DNA of 30,820 nt from an uncultured Aquificales bacterium. GTDB lineage: Bacteria; Thermosulfidibacterota; Thermosulfidibacteria; Thermosulfidibacterales; Thermosulfidibacteraceae. Where the stretch lies: assembly GCA_964411615.1 (NCBI GenBank), contig CAYPLO010000003.1:1-30820 (forward strand), written 5' to 3'. Below, in pieces: positions 21,393-30,726 of the stretch. Below the pieces are notes generated by a model. It made no database searches, was not told the origin of the DNA, and saw only the letters and a program-made list of their open reading frames with translations. Every line of letters begins with the position of its first letter. Within the stretch, counting starts at the first letter, position 1. The translations under genes were made by a program, and so were the position numbers.

Positions 21393-22725
21393 CAGGCTGA
21401 CCTGTGGCCCCGGCCCTGTAGTACTTCCACTTAGACTCAAGGTAGGCAGGGCCCGCTATGTCCAGATGTGCCCACCTGCACGGGTAATCCACGAACCTTT
21501 TCAGAAACAGGGCCGCCGTTATGGCCCCACCGTATCTGCCCTTGGCGTTGTTCCTCACATCGGCGTGTTCCGTCTTGAGCTCATCCTCCAGATCTCTGTC
21601 TAAGGGCATGGGCCACACCTTCTCACCGGTCCTCTGGGATGCCTCTACAATTAGACTCCTCAGCTCCTCATCCTCGCAGAAGAGCCCGGATGTGTATCTG
21701 CCCAGGGCCACAACGCAGGCTCCTGTAAGGGTGGCAACATCCACAACAACATCAGGATTCAGACCTCTGGCGTAGCAAAGGGCATCGGCCAGAAGGAGCC
21801 TACCCTCCGCATCGGTTGAGTGTATCTCAACGCTCACACCATTGGGGAACTTGATTATATCGTCGGGTCTGTAGGCACCACCATCGGGCATGTTTTCAGC
21901 AGAAGGTATGAGAACGTGCAGTGCCACTGGAATCTGCCTTTCAACAACGTACCGGAACAGCCCCAGAACCGCACATGCCCCTGCCTTGTCCATCTTCATG
22001 GTCTCCATGAAGTTCTGGGGCTTAACACTCAATCCCCCCGAATCAAAGGTTATACCCTTACCAACGGCAACAAAGGAGAAGGTAGCATTCTCAGGTTTGT
22101 AGGACAGATGCACAAATACAGGGGGATTTGTGCTTCCCTTCCCCACGGTGTAGGTGCCGATAAATCCGTTCTCGGCAAGCTCCTCTCCCCTGTATACCCT
22201 GATGTCAACTCCATCAATCTTTTCAAACTCCGCTGCCGCTTCCACAAAGCTCTCAGGAACGAACAGATTCCCAGGGGTGTTCACAAGGTCCCTAACGTAG
22301 TTCGCAGTTTCAGCAAGACTCCTTCCCCTTTCCAGAGCATCACTGTGGCAGTTGACAATATGGACCTTTATATCAACAGGCTTTTCCTTCTTGAACCTTG
22401 CGTAGGAATAACCTGCAAGAAGAACCCCTTCGGAAGCCGCCTCCGTCTCCTCCTCCAGTCCAAAAGCACCGGGAAGGTGCAGATTGAATCTCTCAAGCTT
22501 CAACCTCTCCGCCTCAAAGACTATGCTTCCTGCAGCACACCTAACCCCATCAATCCCCCTGGACTCGTCCAGAAGGCACAGAAGGTAGGATACGCCATCC
22601 CTTCTGGCGAAGTAGCAAACACCCTCTTTCGGAGCTATCCCCAATTCAGACCATAGGGAAGCCTCCTTAGTAAGGATAAAGGCCTCACACCCACCTCTGA
22701 CCTCACTGGCCACAATCTCCACCAT
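21340..22725 (-). CDS. pepA: Leucyl aminopeptidase (M17)
   Basis: VGKGITFDSGG, MKMDKAGA, AENMP, STDAEGRL, ATLTGA, AHLDIAG. Confidence 0.93.
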   Translation of the reverse strand: MVEIVASEVRGGCEAFILTKEASLWSELGIAPKEGVCYFARRDGVSYLLCLLDESRGIDGVRCAAGSIVFEAERLKLERFNLHLPGAFGLEEETEAASEGVLLAGYSYARFKKEKPVDIKVHIVNCHSDALERGRSLAETANYVRDLVNTPGNLFVPESFVEAAAEFEKIDGVDIRVYRGEELAENGFIGTYTVGKGSTNPPVFVHLSYKPENATFSFVAVGKGITFDSGGLSVKPQNFMETMKMDKAGACAVLGLFRYVVERQIPVALHVLIPSAENMPDGGAYRPDDIIKFPNGVSVEIHSTDAEGRLLLADALCYARGLNPDVVVDVATLTGACVVALGRYTSGLFCEDEELRSLIVEASQRTGEKVWPMPLDRDLEDELKTEHADVRNNAKGRYGGAITAALFLKRFVDYPCRWAHLDIAGPAYLESKWKYYRAGATGQPVRTLALLLERLAHRSQR

Positions 22726-22824
22726 GCAGACACCTCCCCATCTGCCGATGGGAAGATACCATCAGGTTTCACAAAAATACAGACCCCGGCATTGAAAAAA
22801 TCCTCCGAATCATGCATTTTATAC

Positions 22825-22851
22825 TCAAGTTCTCACAGACAGGCACGATAA
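22825..22851 (+). promoter_or_regulatory. Candidate sigma28 (FliA) promoter of the che operon
   Basis: TCAAGTTC-N11-CACGATAA versus consensus TAAAGTTT-N11-GCCGATAA; exact spacing, 24 nt upstream of the cheY ATG. Confidence 0.6.
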
Positions 22852-22875
22852 CACTACTTGGAAGGTGGTGGGACC

Positions 22876-23253
22876 ATGAAGATACTGGTGGTGGATGACT
22901 CCTCTACCATGAGGAGGATAATCGTAAACACCCTGGCAAAGCTCGGGTATAAGGATGTGGTTGAGGCAGAGCACGGGCTTGATGCTCTGGCAAAACTCAA
23001 GGAGAACCCGGATGTGGGATTAATCCTGACCGACTGGAACATGCCGGAGATGGATGGCCTTACCTTCGTGCAGACCATAAGAAAATCCAAAACCTTCGGG
23101 AAGATTCCCATCATAATGATAACCACCATGGGAGCCAAGGAGGACATCGTAAAGGCTCTGAAGGCCGGTGTTAACAACTACATAGTGAAACCCTTCACCC
23201 CCCAGATACTGAAAGAGAAGATAGAACAGACCCTTAAGAAGGTAGGGGGATAA
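22876..23253 (+). CDS. cheY: Chemotaxis response regulator CheY
   Basis: MKILVVDDSSTMRRII, TDWNMPEMDG, MITT, YIVKPF; single REC domain. Confidence 0.95.
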   Translation: MKILVVDDSSTMRRIIVNTLAKLGYKDVVEAEHGLDALAKLKENPDVGLILTDWNMPEMDGLTFVQTIRKSKTFGKIPIIMITTMGAKEDIVKALKAGVNNYIVKPFTPQILKEKIEQTLKKVGG

Positions 23254-23256
23254 GCC

Positions 23257-25029
23257 GTGGCTGACCTTGAGTTTCTTGAGGACTTTTTAGCAGAGGTTAC
23301 AGAGATACTTGAACAGCTCAACCAGGACCTTGTTGAGCTTGAAGAGCGCCCTGACGACCTTGACCTCCTCAACAAGATATTCAGAGCCGCCCATACAATG
23401 AAGGGAACCTCCTCCTTCATGGGATTTGAGAAGATGACCACCGTCACCCACAGGATGGAGGATATCCTCAACATCCTCAGGAAGGGGGAGGGGAAGCTGA
23501 CCCCTGAGATAATGGATGTGGTCCTGGAAGCGGTGGATGTGGTTGAACAGATAGTTGAGAACATAAGGGAGACCCAGGAGGAAGGGGACGTAGACATAAC
23601 CGAGATAGTTAAGAAGCTTGAGGATGCCTACGCCAAGCTCACAGGCCAGAAGCAGGAGGAGGCTCCTGCAGAGGAAGAGGTTGTCATAGGAGGGGGCAAG
23701 CCTCCCAGTAAGGAGGAGCTTGAAGCCTTTGACAGGGAGATTCAGGAGCTCCTCAAAAAGGAGATGGAGAAGGAGCAGGAGCCGAAGGCCAAGGCGAAGA
23801 AGGAGAAGAAACCAGCGGCTCATGACAAGAAGGAGAAGAAGGGAGACACCACCATAAGGGTTGATGTCAGCAGGCTTGACGCCCTGATGAACCTGGTGGG
23901 GGAGCTGGTCCTTGGCAGAAACAGGCTACTCAGGATAACCCAGCAGCTGGTCTCAAGGTACGAAGGAGATGAATTGGTGGAGGCTCTATCTGAGACGATG
24001 GACCAGGTGGACTTCATCACAACGGACCTCCAGATGGCGGTTATGAAGACTAGGATGGTTCCCATAGCCAGGGTCTTCAACAGGTTCCCCAGGGTTGTCA
24101 GAGACTTGGCCAGGGAACTGAAGAAGGAGGTCAAGCTCATAATAGAGGGAGAGGATACAGAGCTGGACAGGTCCATAGTTGAGGAAATAGGAGACCCCCT
24201 GGTCCATCTGGTGAGAAACGCCATAGACCACGGGATAGAGCCACCTGAGGAGAGGGAGTTCTTAGGAAAACCCAGACAGGGGACCCTGAAGCTTTCCGCT
24301 TACCATGAAGGAAACCACATAGTGATACTGGTTGAGGACGATGGAAGGGGCATAGATATTGAGAAGATAAAGAAGAAGGCTCTTGAGAAGGGGCTTGTCA
24401 CAGAGGCTGAGATTGCCAAGATGTCCGAAAAGGACATCCTGAATCTCATCTTCCTGCCCGGATTCTCCACCGCCGAGAGGGTTACAGACGTCTCAGGCCG
24501 TGGTGTTGGAATGGACGTGGTCAAGACCAACATAGAAAAACTCAACGGAACCATAGAGATAAACACGGAGCTCGGTAAGGGAACCCAGATAGTCATCAAG
24601 ATTCCTCTCACCCTGGCCATAATACAGTCCCTGCTTGTGCAGGTGGGAGACGAGATATACGCCATACCGCTGGTCTCAGTGGTGGAGGCTGTAAAGATAA
24701 GCACCGAAGAGATACAGTTCGTGGAAGGACAGGAGATAATCATACTGAGGGACTCCGTACTCCCACTTGTTGAGTTATCAAAGGTCTTCAACATACCCAC
24801 CACAAGGGACGAGAAGTCCATCTACGTGGTTGTATTGAGTATAGGCGAGAAGAGGTTCGGTCTGATAGTGGACAGGCTCATAGGGCAGGAGGAGATAGTG
24901 ATTAAGTCCCTTGGAAATTATCTTTCCAATGTTCCTGGGATATCGGGTGCAACCATAATGGGTGACGGAAGGGTCACCCTCATAATAGATGTGGCAGGAC
25001 TTGCAAATATGGTGGCGAGGGTGGCGTAA
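23257..25029 (+). CDS. cheA: Chemotaxis histidine kinase CheA (no evident P2, no C-terminal REC)
   Basis: Hpt FRAAHTMKG, dimerisation TIRVD...LVGELV, HATPase [29 protein letters not shown]-terminal CheW domain. Confidence 0.97.
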   Translation: MADLEFLEDFLAEVTEILEQLNQDLVELEERPDDLDLLNKIFRAAHTMKGTSSFMGFEKMTTVTHRMEDILNILRKGEGKLTPEIMDVVLEAVDVVEQIVENIRETQEEGDVDITEIVKKLEDAYAKLTGQKQEEAPAEEEVVIGGGKPPSKEELEAFDREIQELLKKEMEKEQEPKAKAKKEKKPAAHDKKEKKGDTTIRVDVSRLDALMNLVGELVLGRNRLLRITQQLVSRYEGDELVEALSETMDQVDFITTDLQMAVMKTRMVPIARVFNRFPRVVRDLARELKKEVKLIIEGEDTELDRSIVEEIGDPLVHLVRNAIDHGIEPPEEREFLGKPRQGTLKLSAYHEGNHIVILVEDDGRGIDIEKIKKKALEKGLVTEAEIAKMSEKDILNLIFLPGFSTAERVTDVSGRGVGMDVVKTNIEKLNGTIEINTELGKGTQIVIKIPLTLAIIQSLLVQVGDEIYAIPLVSVVEAVKISTEEIQFVEGQEIIILRDSVLPLVELSKVFNIPTTRDEKSIYVVVLSIGEKRFGLIVDRLIGQEEIVIKSLGNYLSNVPGISGATIMGDGRVTLIIDVAGLANMVARVA

Positions 25030-25529
25030 TGGATTTGAGGGAACTTTCAGAGTTTCTAAAGAGGCAGGTAGCCGAAGAGGAGGAGCAGGTAACCGTTGAG
25101 GAATACGAGCATCTCGTGGGCTTCATCATAGGAGACGAGGAGTTTGCTGTAGATATCCATCTGGTAAAGGAGATAATAGAGGTTCCGGATATAACAAGGG
25201 TTCCCAACGCTCCTCCGTATGTGCTTGGGGTCATAAACCTGAGGGGACAGATAGTTCCCGTCATAGATTTGAGAATCAAGTTCAACCTCCCCTATGGTCC
25301 ACCGGAGGATGAAGAAGAGCGCAAGATAGTTGTGGTTGAAACCGACGATAAGGTGGTGGGGATAATGGTTGATGCCGTGACCCATGTCTTGAGGATACCT
25401 AAATCCACCATAGAGCCCGCCCATGGGGTTGTGGGAGGCTTTGAGGCGGAATACATTGAAGGAATAGGAAGAAAAGAGGACATGAAGGTTGTTGTTATAC
25501 TAAACGTAAACAAACTGTTAGAGGAATAG
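25029..25529 (+). CDS. cheW: Chemotaxis coupling protein CheW
   Basis: [42 protein letters not shown]. Confidence 0.95.
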   Translation: MDLRELSEFLKRQVAEEEEQVTVEEYEHLVGFIIGDEEFAVDIHLVKEIIEVPDITRVPNAPPYVLGVINLRGQIVPVIDLRIKFNLPYGPPEDEEERKIVVVETDDKVVGIMVDAVTHVLRIPKSTIEPAHGVVGGFEAEYIEGIGRKEDMKVVVILNVNKLLEE

Positions 25530-25532
25530 ACC

Positions 25533-27659
25533 ATGGCGTGGAAACCCAAGAGTGTACCGGATGTTCTTGAGCCCGGAACCAACGAGTTTGAGCTCGTTGA
25601 GTTCTGGATGCACGACGAGAGGGAAGGGCAGACCTACACCTACATATTCGGTGTGAACGTTGCCAAGGTCAAGGAGGTGGTGTGGCTTCCCGAAATCATA
25701 AAGGTTCCCAACCTGCCAGAGGCCATAGTGGGGGTGATAAACCTGAGGGGGCAGGTTATACCCCTAATAGACCTCGCAAGCTGGATGCACATAAGGGAAC
25801 CTGCCAATCTCAAGAGAAAATCCGTTATAATCACCGAGTTCTACAAGGTGAAGATTGGATTCATAGTGCACGAGGCCAAGAGAATAAGAAGGGTGACCTG
25901 GGACAAGATAAAGCCCCCTCCGGAAGTTCTTGTAGCCCAGTTCGGAACCAAGATAACAGGGGTGATAGAGGTAGGTGAGGGCAAGTTCCTGCTGATACTG
26001 GACCTCGAGAATGTCCTCGCCGAGCTCGGCCTCATATCCATGCCCGAGGAGGACCTGCAGGTAGAGAAGGTGCCTGAAGATATAAAGGGGCCGGTTCTGA
26101 TAGCCGACGATTCATCCGTTGCGAGAAAGATACTCAAAGATATCTACACCAAGGCTGGATTTGACCAGCTACTTGTGGTGAAGGACGGTGCCGAAGCCTG
26201 GCACACCCTCAACGCCATACTGGAGAAGGCCCAGCAGGAAGGTAAAAGCATACTGGAGTACGTATCCTTGGTGGTTACCGATGTTGAGATGCCCCAGATG
26301 GACGGATACACCCTTACGAGAAAGATAAAGGAGCATCCAGAGCTTTCCAAGCTTCCGGTAATAATCAACACATCCCTTTCTGAAGAGTCCAACATCCAGA
26401 AGGCAGAGCAGGTAGCAGCCGATGCCTTCTTCGTGAAGTTTGAACCGGAGGAACTGATAAAGGTCTCCAGAGAACTCATCTACAGGGCCAGGAAGAACGC
26501 ATTAGGTGGAGAGACTTTGACAAATATACCTTCATCATCGGGAACCCACATATCCAAAGTGGAGGAAAAAAAAACTGAAGAGAGAAAATCAAACAGTGGT
26601 ATAAATACGCAGGAAACGGGAGAGGAGGCGATGGCCGAAGAGGTAAAGAATCAGAATACAACAAATCCTGCCGATGAGATAGACCAGCTAGTGGCGGAGA
26701 TTCAAGGAAACAAATCCGAAGAGCCAACAGAAGAACAGCCTGCAGAAGAGGTTTCAGAGGAGAATGCCACAGTAAATCCCGCCGATGAGATAGACCAGCT
26801 GCTGGCAGAGGTTCAGGGGGGTAACGAAAACAATCAGCAGATAGAAGAGACCAAGGCTGAAGAGGCACAGGAGACTTCTCAAGAAGAGAGTAGCCCTGCC
26901 GATGAGATAGACCAGCTTCTTGCTGAGATTCAGTGCTCAAAGGAGGAAGAAGGGGAGACATCGGAAGAGCCCTGTGATGCTGTGGACGATATAGATGCAC
27001 TGATAGAGGCATACCAGAAAGAGCAGGAAACTGGAGTTGAGGGAACCTCCCAAGAGGAGAGTGAAGATTCTGGCTCTGGCGGTGAAGACATAGTTGACCA
27101 GATACTGGCGGAACTTGAAAGCGGAAAGATGGGGGCCGCTGGAGCCACAAATGAGGCTGGGGCATACGAGGTCCCAACAGCCAAAAAGCTCTTAGAGAGG
27201 GAGGATGTATCCGACATAATACAGAAGCTTGAGGAGAGGCTGGCGAGTCTCAGTGAAGAGGATGAATCCATCAAGGTTGAGCTTATAGCTCTGATAGAGA
27301 CTCTCAAGAAGCAACTTGAAGCCCAGAGAAAGGAGAAGGAGGAAACGAGGGTTATAGCCAAGCTATACAAGGTTACCAGAGAGACGGAAGAGAAGACCGT
27401 TGAGCTTATGGAGATAATAGAGAAGGCGATGGATATAGCGGGGGAGTGTCTGACGATAGTTGAGGAGGTGAAGGACGAAGAGGTAAAGAACAAGCTTACT
27501 GAAAAACTCAACGGAATAAATGAGGTCCTCTTTGAGGCCATAAACCACCTGCAGTTCCAGGACATAACAAGACAGAAGATAGAGAGAATAATTGCAGCCC
27601 TCAAGAAGCTCAACGACTACCTGAACGAGTGGTTCGGAACCGACTTCATCGGGGACTGA
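25533..27659 (+). CDS. cheV: CheV (CheW+REC) fused in frame to an acidic repeat region and a CheZ-like phosphatase domain
   Basis: [27 protein letters not shown] (CheW); [26 protein letters not shown] (REC); C-terminal [14 protein letters not shown] (CheZ DxxxQ). Open frame of 708 aa as sequenced. Confidence 0.85.
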   Translation: MAWKPKSVPDVLEPGTNEFELVEFWMHDEREGQTYTYIFGVNVAKVKEVVWLPEIIKVPNLPEAIVGVINLRGQVIPLIDLASWMHIREPANLKRKSVIITEFYKVKIGFIVHEAKRIRRVTWDKIKPPPEVLVAQFGTKITGVIEVGEGKFLLILDLENVLAELGLISMPEEDLQVEKVPEDIKGPVLIADDSSVARKILKDIYTKAGFDQLLVVKDGAEAWHTLNAILEKAQQEGKSILEYVSLVVTDVEMPQMDGYTLTRKIKEHPELSKLPVIINTSLSEESNIQKAEQVAADAFFVKFEPEELIKVSRELIYRARKNALGGETLTNIPSSSGTHISKVEEKKTEERKSNSGINTQETGEEAMAEEVKNQNTTNPADEIDQLVAEIQGNKSEEPTEEQPAEEVSEENATVNPADEIDQLLAEVQGGNENNQQIEETKAEEAQETSQEESSPADEIDQLLAEIQCSKEEEGETSEEPCDAVDDIDALIEAYQKEQETGVEGTSQEESEDSGSGGEDIVDQILAELESGKMGAAGATNEAGAYEVPTAKKLLEREDVSDIIQKLEERLASLSEEDESIKVELIALIETLKKQLEAQRKEKEETRVIAKLYKVTRETEEKTVELMEIIEKAMDIAGECLTIVEEVKDEEVKNKLTEKLNGINEVLFEAINHLQFQDITRQKIERIIAALKKLNDYLNEWFGTDFIGD
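26561..26578 (+). other. GGAGG-A9-CTGA slippery / homopolymer tract at the CheV/CheZ junction
   Basis: A9 at 26566-26574. One extra A (or -1 shift) reads AAC TGA (stop 26576-26578); one fewer A (or +1 shift) stops at TAA 26602-26604. Confidence 0.5.
26631..27659 (+). CDS. cheZ: CheZ-like phosphatase from a probable internal in-frame start
   Basis: AGAGGAGG SD immediately before ATG 26631 (MAEEVKNQ...); coiled-coil core with QFQDITRQ at 27552-27575. Confidence 0.6.
   Translation: MAEEVKNQNTTNPADEIDQLVAEIQGNKSEEPTEEQPAEEVSEENATVNPADEIDQLLAEVQGGNENNQQIEETKAEEAQETSQEESSPADEIDQLLAEIQCSKEEEGETSEEPCDAVDDIDALIEAYQKEQETGVEGTSQEESEDSGSGGEDIVDQILAELESGKMGAAGATNEAGAYEVPTAKKLLEREDVSDIIQKLEERLASLSEEDESIKVELIALIETLKKQLEAQRKEKEETRVIAKLYKVTRETEEKTVELMEIIEKAMDIAGECLTIVEEVKDEEVKNKLTEKLNGINEVLFEAINHLQFQDITRQKIERIIAALKKLNDYLNEWFGTDFIGD
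26670..26917 (+). repeat. Three intragenic direct repeats, 20-nt identical core GCCGATGAGATAGACCAGCT (PADEIDQL)
   Basis: Copies at 26670-26689, 26781-26800 and 26898-26917; periods 111 and 117 nt, both in frame. Confidence 0.95.
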
Positions 27660-27660
27660 G

Positions 27661-28899
27661 GTGGAGAGAAAGTACATAATCGTCCTTATGGATGGGGCAA
27701 GTGGTCACCCCTGCGAGGAGTTAGGGGGCAGAACCTCCCTTGAAGCGGCCAGTAAACCCAACATAGACCGCCTCGCCCGGGAAGGCATCTGCGGATGGAC
27801 CAGGAATGTTCCCGCCGGAATGCACCCTGGCTCTGATGTGGCCATCCTGTCTGTTCTGGGATGCGACCCGAAAAGGTACTACACAGGGAGGGCTCCCCTT
27901 GAAGCCGCCAGCATGGGGGTTGAACTGTCAGATAACGATGTGGCCTACCGTTGCAATCTGGTGAGGGTGGAAAACGGTCTGATGGCCGACTACAGCGCAG
28001 GACACATAAGCACGGAAGAAGCCAAGGAAGTGATAGAGCTGCTCAACAGGGAGCTAGCAACGGAGGAGATAAGGTTCTACCCCGGAGTGAGCTATAGACA
28101 CCTCATGGTCTGGAGAGGAGGAAGAGATAGCGTAAAGTGCACCCCTCCCCATGACATAACGGGACAGCCCATATCGAAGTATCTGCCCGAGGGGGAAGGG
28201 GCCCAGGTGCTCATTGAGCTCATGGAGCGCTCAAGGACTATCCTCAAAGACCACCCGAAGGCAAATATGATATGGCTGTGGGGACAGGGTAAAAGGCCCC
28301 AGCTTCCCAACTTTGAGTGCGCACATGGCCTGAAGGGAGGGGTTATTTCCGCTGTGGATTTGATAAGAGGCATAGGAAAGCTCATGGGGCTTAAAGTGAT
28401 AGAGGTGCCCGGTATAACGGGATACATAGACACCAACTACAGGGGAAAGGCGGACTACGCCATAGACTTTCTGGAAAGGGAAGGGGATTTTGTATTCATA
28501 CATGTAGAGGCTCCGGATGAGGCGGGACACAAAAGGGACGCAAAAGCAAAGGTGAAGGCCATAGAGGATATAGACAGGCACATAGTTGGAACCCTGCTGG
28601 ACTGGATAGAAGAAAATAACGTACCTGCGAGGATTCTTCTTCTGCCGGACCATCCCACCCCTATCAATATAGGTACCCACACCGACGAGCCCGTCCCCTA
28701 TGTGCTGTGGAGCAGCCTTTTAAAGGTCAAAGGGGAGGAGTCCTTCAGCGAAAGGGCCCTTGATTATCTAAAAAGCTTCACCCTGGATGAGGGATACAGA
28801 CTCATATCCTTGCTTTTGGGGAAGGTCTGCACAGACTGTTCAAACTGCTCAATAGCCTCAAGCTGTAGCTTAAGAAACACCGGAGGGATAGATGCCTGA
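27661..28899 (+). CDS. apgM: Cofactor-independent phosphoglycerate mutase, ApgM type, with Cys-rich C-terminal tail
   Basis: VLMDG, PGSDVA (catalytic Ser), [34 protein letters not shown]. Confidence 0.88.
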   Translation: MERKYIIVLMDGASGHPCEELGGRTSLEAASKPNIDRLAREGICGWTRNVPAGMHPGSDVAILSVLGCDPKRYYTGRAPLEAASMGVELSDNDVAYRCNLVRVENGLMADYSAGHISTEEAKEVIELLNRELATEEIRFYPGVSYRHLMVWRGGRDSVKCTPPHDITGQPISKYLPEGEGAQVLIELMERSRTILKDHPKANMIWLWGQGKRPQLPNFECAHGLKGGVISAVDLIRGIGKLMGLKVIEVPGITGYIDTNYRGKADYAIDFLEREGDFVFIHVEAPDEAGHKRDAKAKVKAIEDIDRHIVGTLLDWIEENNVPARILLLPDHPTPINIGTHTDEPVPYVLWSSLLKVKGEESFSERALDYLKSFTLDEGYRLISLLLGKVCTDCSNCSIASSCSLRNTGGIDA

Positions 28900-29773
28900 A
28901 GCAGTGGTGAAGACCAATATAAGCGAATTGAAGAAGCTCTTCTCAGGCAAGGTCAGGGATATCTACGAGGTTGATGCAAACAGGCTTCTCATAGTTGCCA
29001 CAGATAGAATATCCGCTTTTGATGTGGTGTTTAATGAAGGTATACCAGAGAAAGGAAAGATACTCACCAGAATATCCAACAAGTGGTTCTCCATGGTTGA
29101 CCACAGGCACCACCTTCTGTCCACAACCCCTGAAAAGGAGCTTCCCTTCCTCAAAAACTATCCTGAACTTGAGGGAAGGTGCGTCCTCGTAAAGAGGCTT
29201 AAACGCATAAACATAGAGTTTGTGGCAAGGGGGTACCTGTTCGGAAGCGCCTATAAGGACTACGAAAAGACAGGAAAGGTGTGTGGCATAGAGCTTCCCA
29301 AAGGATTGAAGCTTGCAGAGAAGCTTCCCGAGCCCATATTCACCCCCGCCACAAAGGCGGAAAGTGGACACGACGAGAACATAACCATAGACGAATACAG
29401 GGAAGTGGTTGGAGACAGAGAGCTTGCAGACTACCTCATGGAGACCACCCTGCGTATATACCGGTGGGCCCACGACCTTCTCATAAAGAAGGGCATAATA
29501 CTTGCAGACACAAAGCTGGAGTTTGGCCTTGATGAGGATGGAAACCCATACATCATAGATGAGCTCATAACTCCAGACTCATCGCGGTTCTGGTCTGTTG
29601 AAACCTACAGACCTGGAACATCCCCGCCGAACTACGATAAGCAGTTCATAAGGGACTACCTTGAGGGCCTTGACTGGAACAAGCAACCTCCCCCACCTCC
29701 CCTGCCAGATGAGATTATAGAAAAGACGTTGCAACGCTACAGAGCCATAGAGGATATCATCCTCTCACTGTGA
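28892..29773 (+). CDS. purC: Phosphoribosylaminoimidazole-succinocarboxamide synthase
   Basis: [59 protein letters not shown]. Confidence 0.96.
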   Translation: MPEAVVKTNISELKKLFSGKVRDIYEVDANRLLIVATDRISAFDVVFNEGIPEKGKILTRISNKWFSMVDHRHHLLSTTPEKELPFLKNYPELEGRCVLVKRLKRINIEFVARGYLFGSAYKDYEKTGKVCGIELPKGLKLAEKLPEPIFTPATKAESGHDENITIDEYREVVGDRELADYLMETTLRIYRWAHDLLIKKGIILADTKLEFGLDEDGNPYIIDELITPDSSRFWSVETYRPGTSPPNYDKQFIRDYLEGLDWNKQPPPPPLPDEIIEKTLQRYRAIEDIILSL

Positions 29774-30726
29774 AGATGGTGAGACCTGTAGAGTGGGAGG
29801 AGGTGGAGTCGGGGGAGGAGCTCTCCCTTGCCATTGGAAACTTTGATGGTGTTCACAGGGGACACCAGGCCCTTATAGAAAAGGCCATTGAGCTTGCAAG
29901 AGAAAAGGAGTTAACTCCGGCCGTTCTTACCTTCCATCCCCATCCCATAAAGGTGCTGAAAGGCCCACAGAGGCATATGACGTTGACTCCCCTTGCGGAG
30001 AAGCTGAGGTTGATAAGGCTCTACGGAATAGAAAAAATCTTTGTTCTCAAGTTCTCGCCCTCCCTCTACAACCTAACGCCTCAGGAGTTTGTTACAGAGG
30101 TGCTGGTGAAGAGGCTCAAGGCAAAGGCGGTGGTTGTCGGAGACAACTTCCGCTTCGGTAAAAACAGGACAGGTGACATAGTGACTCTCAGGAGGCTCTC
30201 CAAGGTCTATGGCTTCACATTCTACCCGTATCCACAGGTCCACGTGGACGGCATGCCTGTTAGCAGCACCAGGATAAGGAGGATGATAAGGGAGGGTAAG
30301 ATAGAGGTTGCAGCGAGAATGCTGGGTAGACCTTACAAGCTGGTGGGAAAGGTGGTGAAGGGCAGGGGAAGGGGGAGAGGACTTGGATTCCCCACCGCCA
30401 ACATTGAGCCAGAAAACGAGGTGATACCCAGAAACGGGGTTTATGCTTGCTTTGCAGAGGTTGAGGGAGGGCTCTGGAAGGCGGTAGTCAATGTGGGAAC
30501 CAATCCCACCTTTGAGGACAAGAGCTTCTCGGTGGAGGCCCACATCATAGGATTTGACAGGGATATATACGGGAAGCCCTTCGGCCTGTACTTTGTAAGG
30601 AGATTGAGGGACGAGGTGAAGTTTGATACAGTAGAAAAGCTAAAGGAGGCCATAGACCGGGACAAGAGGTTCGGAGAGGAGTTCCTCCAATGGGAAAGGC
30701 TCTGCGTGGGCTTTTCGTCCTTCTGA
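29770..30726 (+). CDS. ribF: Bifunctional riboflavin kinase / FAD synthetase
   Basis: IGNFDGVHRGH, TFHPHP, VSSTRIR, GRGLGFPTAN, NVGTNPT, VEAH, LRDEVKF. Confidence 0.96.
   Translation: MKMVRPVEWEEVESGEELSLAIGNFDGVHRGHQALIEKAIELAREKELTPAVLTFHPHPIKVLKGPQRHMTLTPLAEKLRLIRLYGIEKIFVLKFSPSLYNLTPQEFVTEVLVKRLKAKAVVVGDNFRFGKNRTGDIVTLRRLSKVYGFTFYPYPQVHVDGMPVSSTRIRRMIREGKIEVAARMLGRPYKLVGKVVKGRGRGRGLGFPTANIEPENEVIPRNGVYACFAEVEGGLWKAVVNVGTNPTFEDKSFSVEAHIIGFDRDIYGKPFGLYFVRRLRDEVKFDTVEKLKEAIDRDKRFGEEFLQWERLCVGFSSF

Noticed and set aside
26670..26917. Regularly spaced 20-nt identical repeats as a CRISPR array
   Set aside because: Only three copies, ~91-97-nt intervals, periods are multiples of 3, flanking variation is codon-like, they lie inside a coding frame, and no cas genes are present
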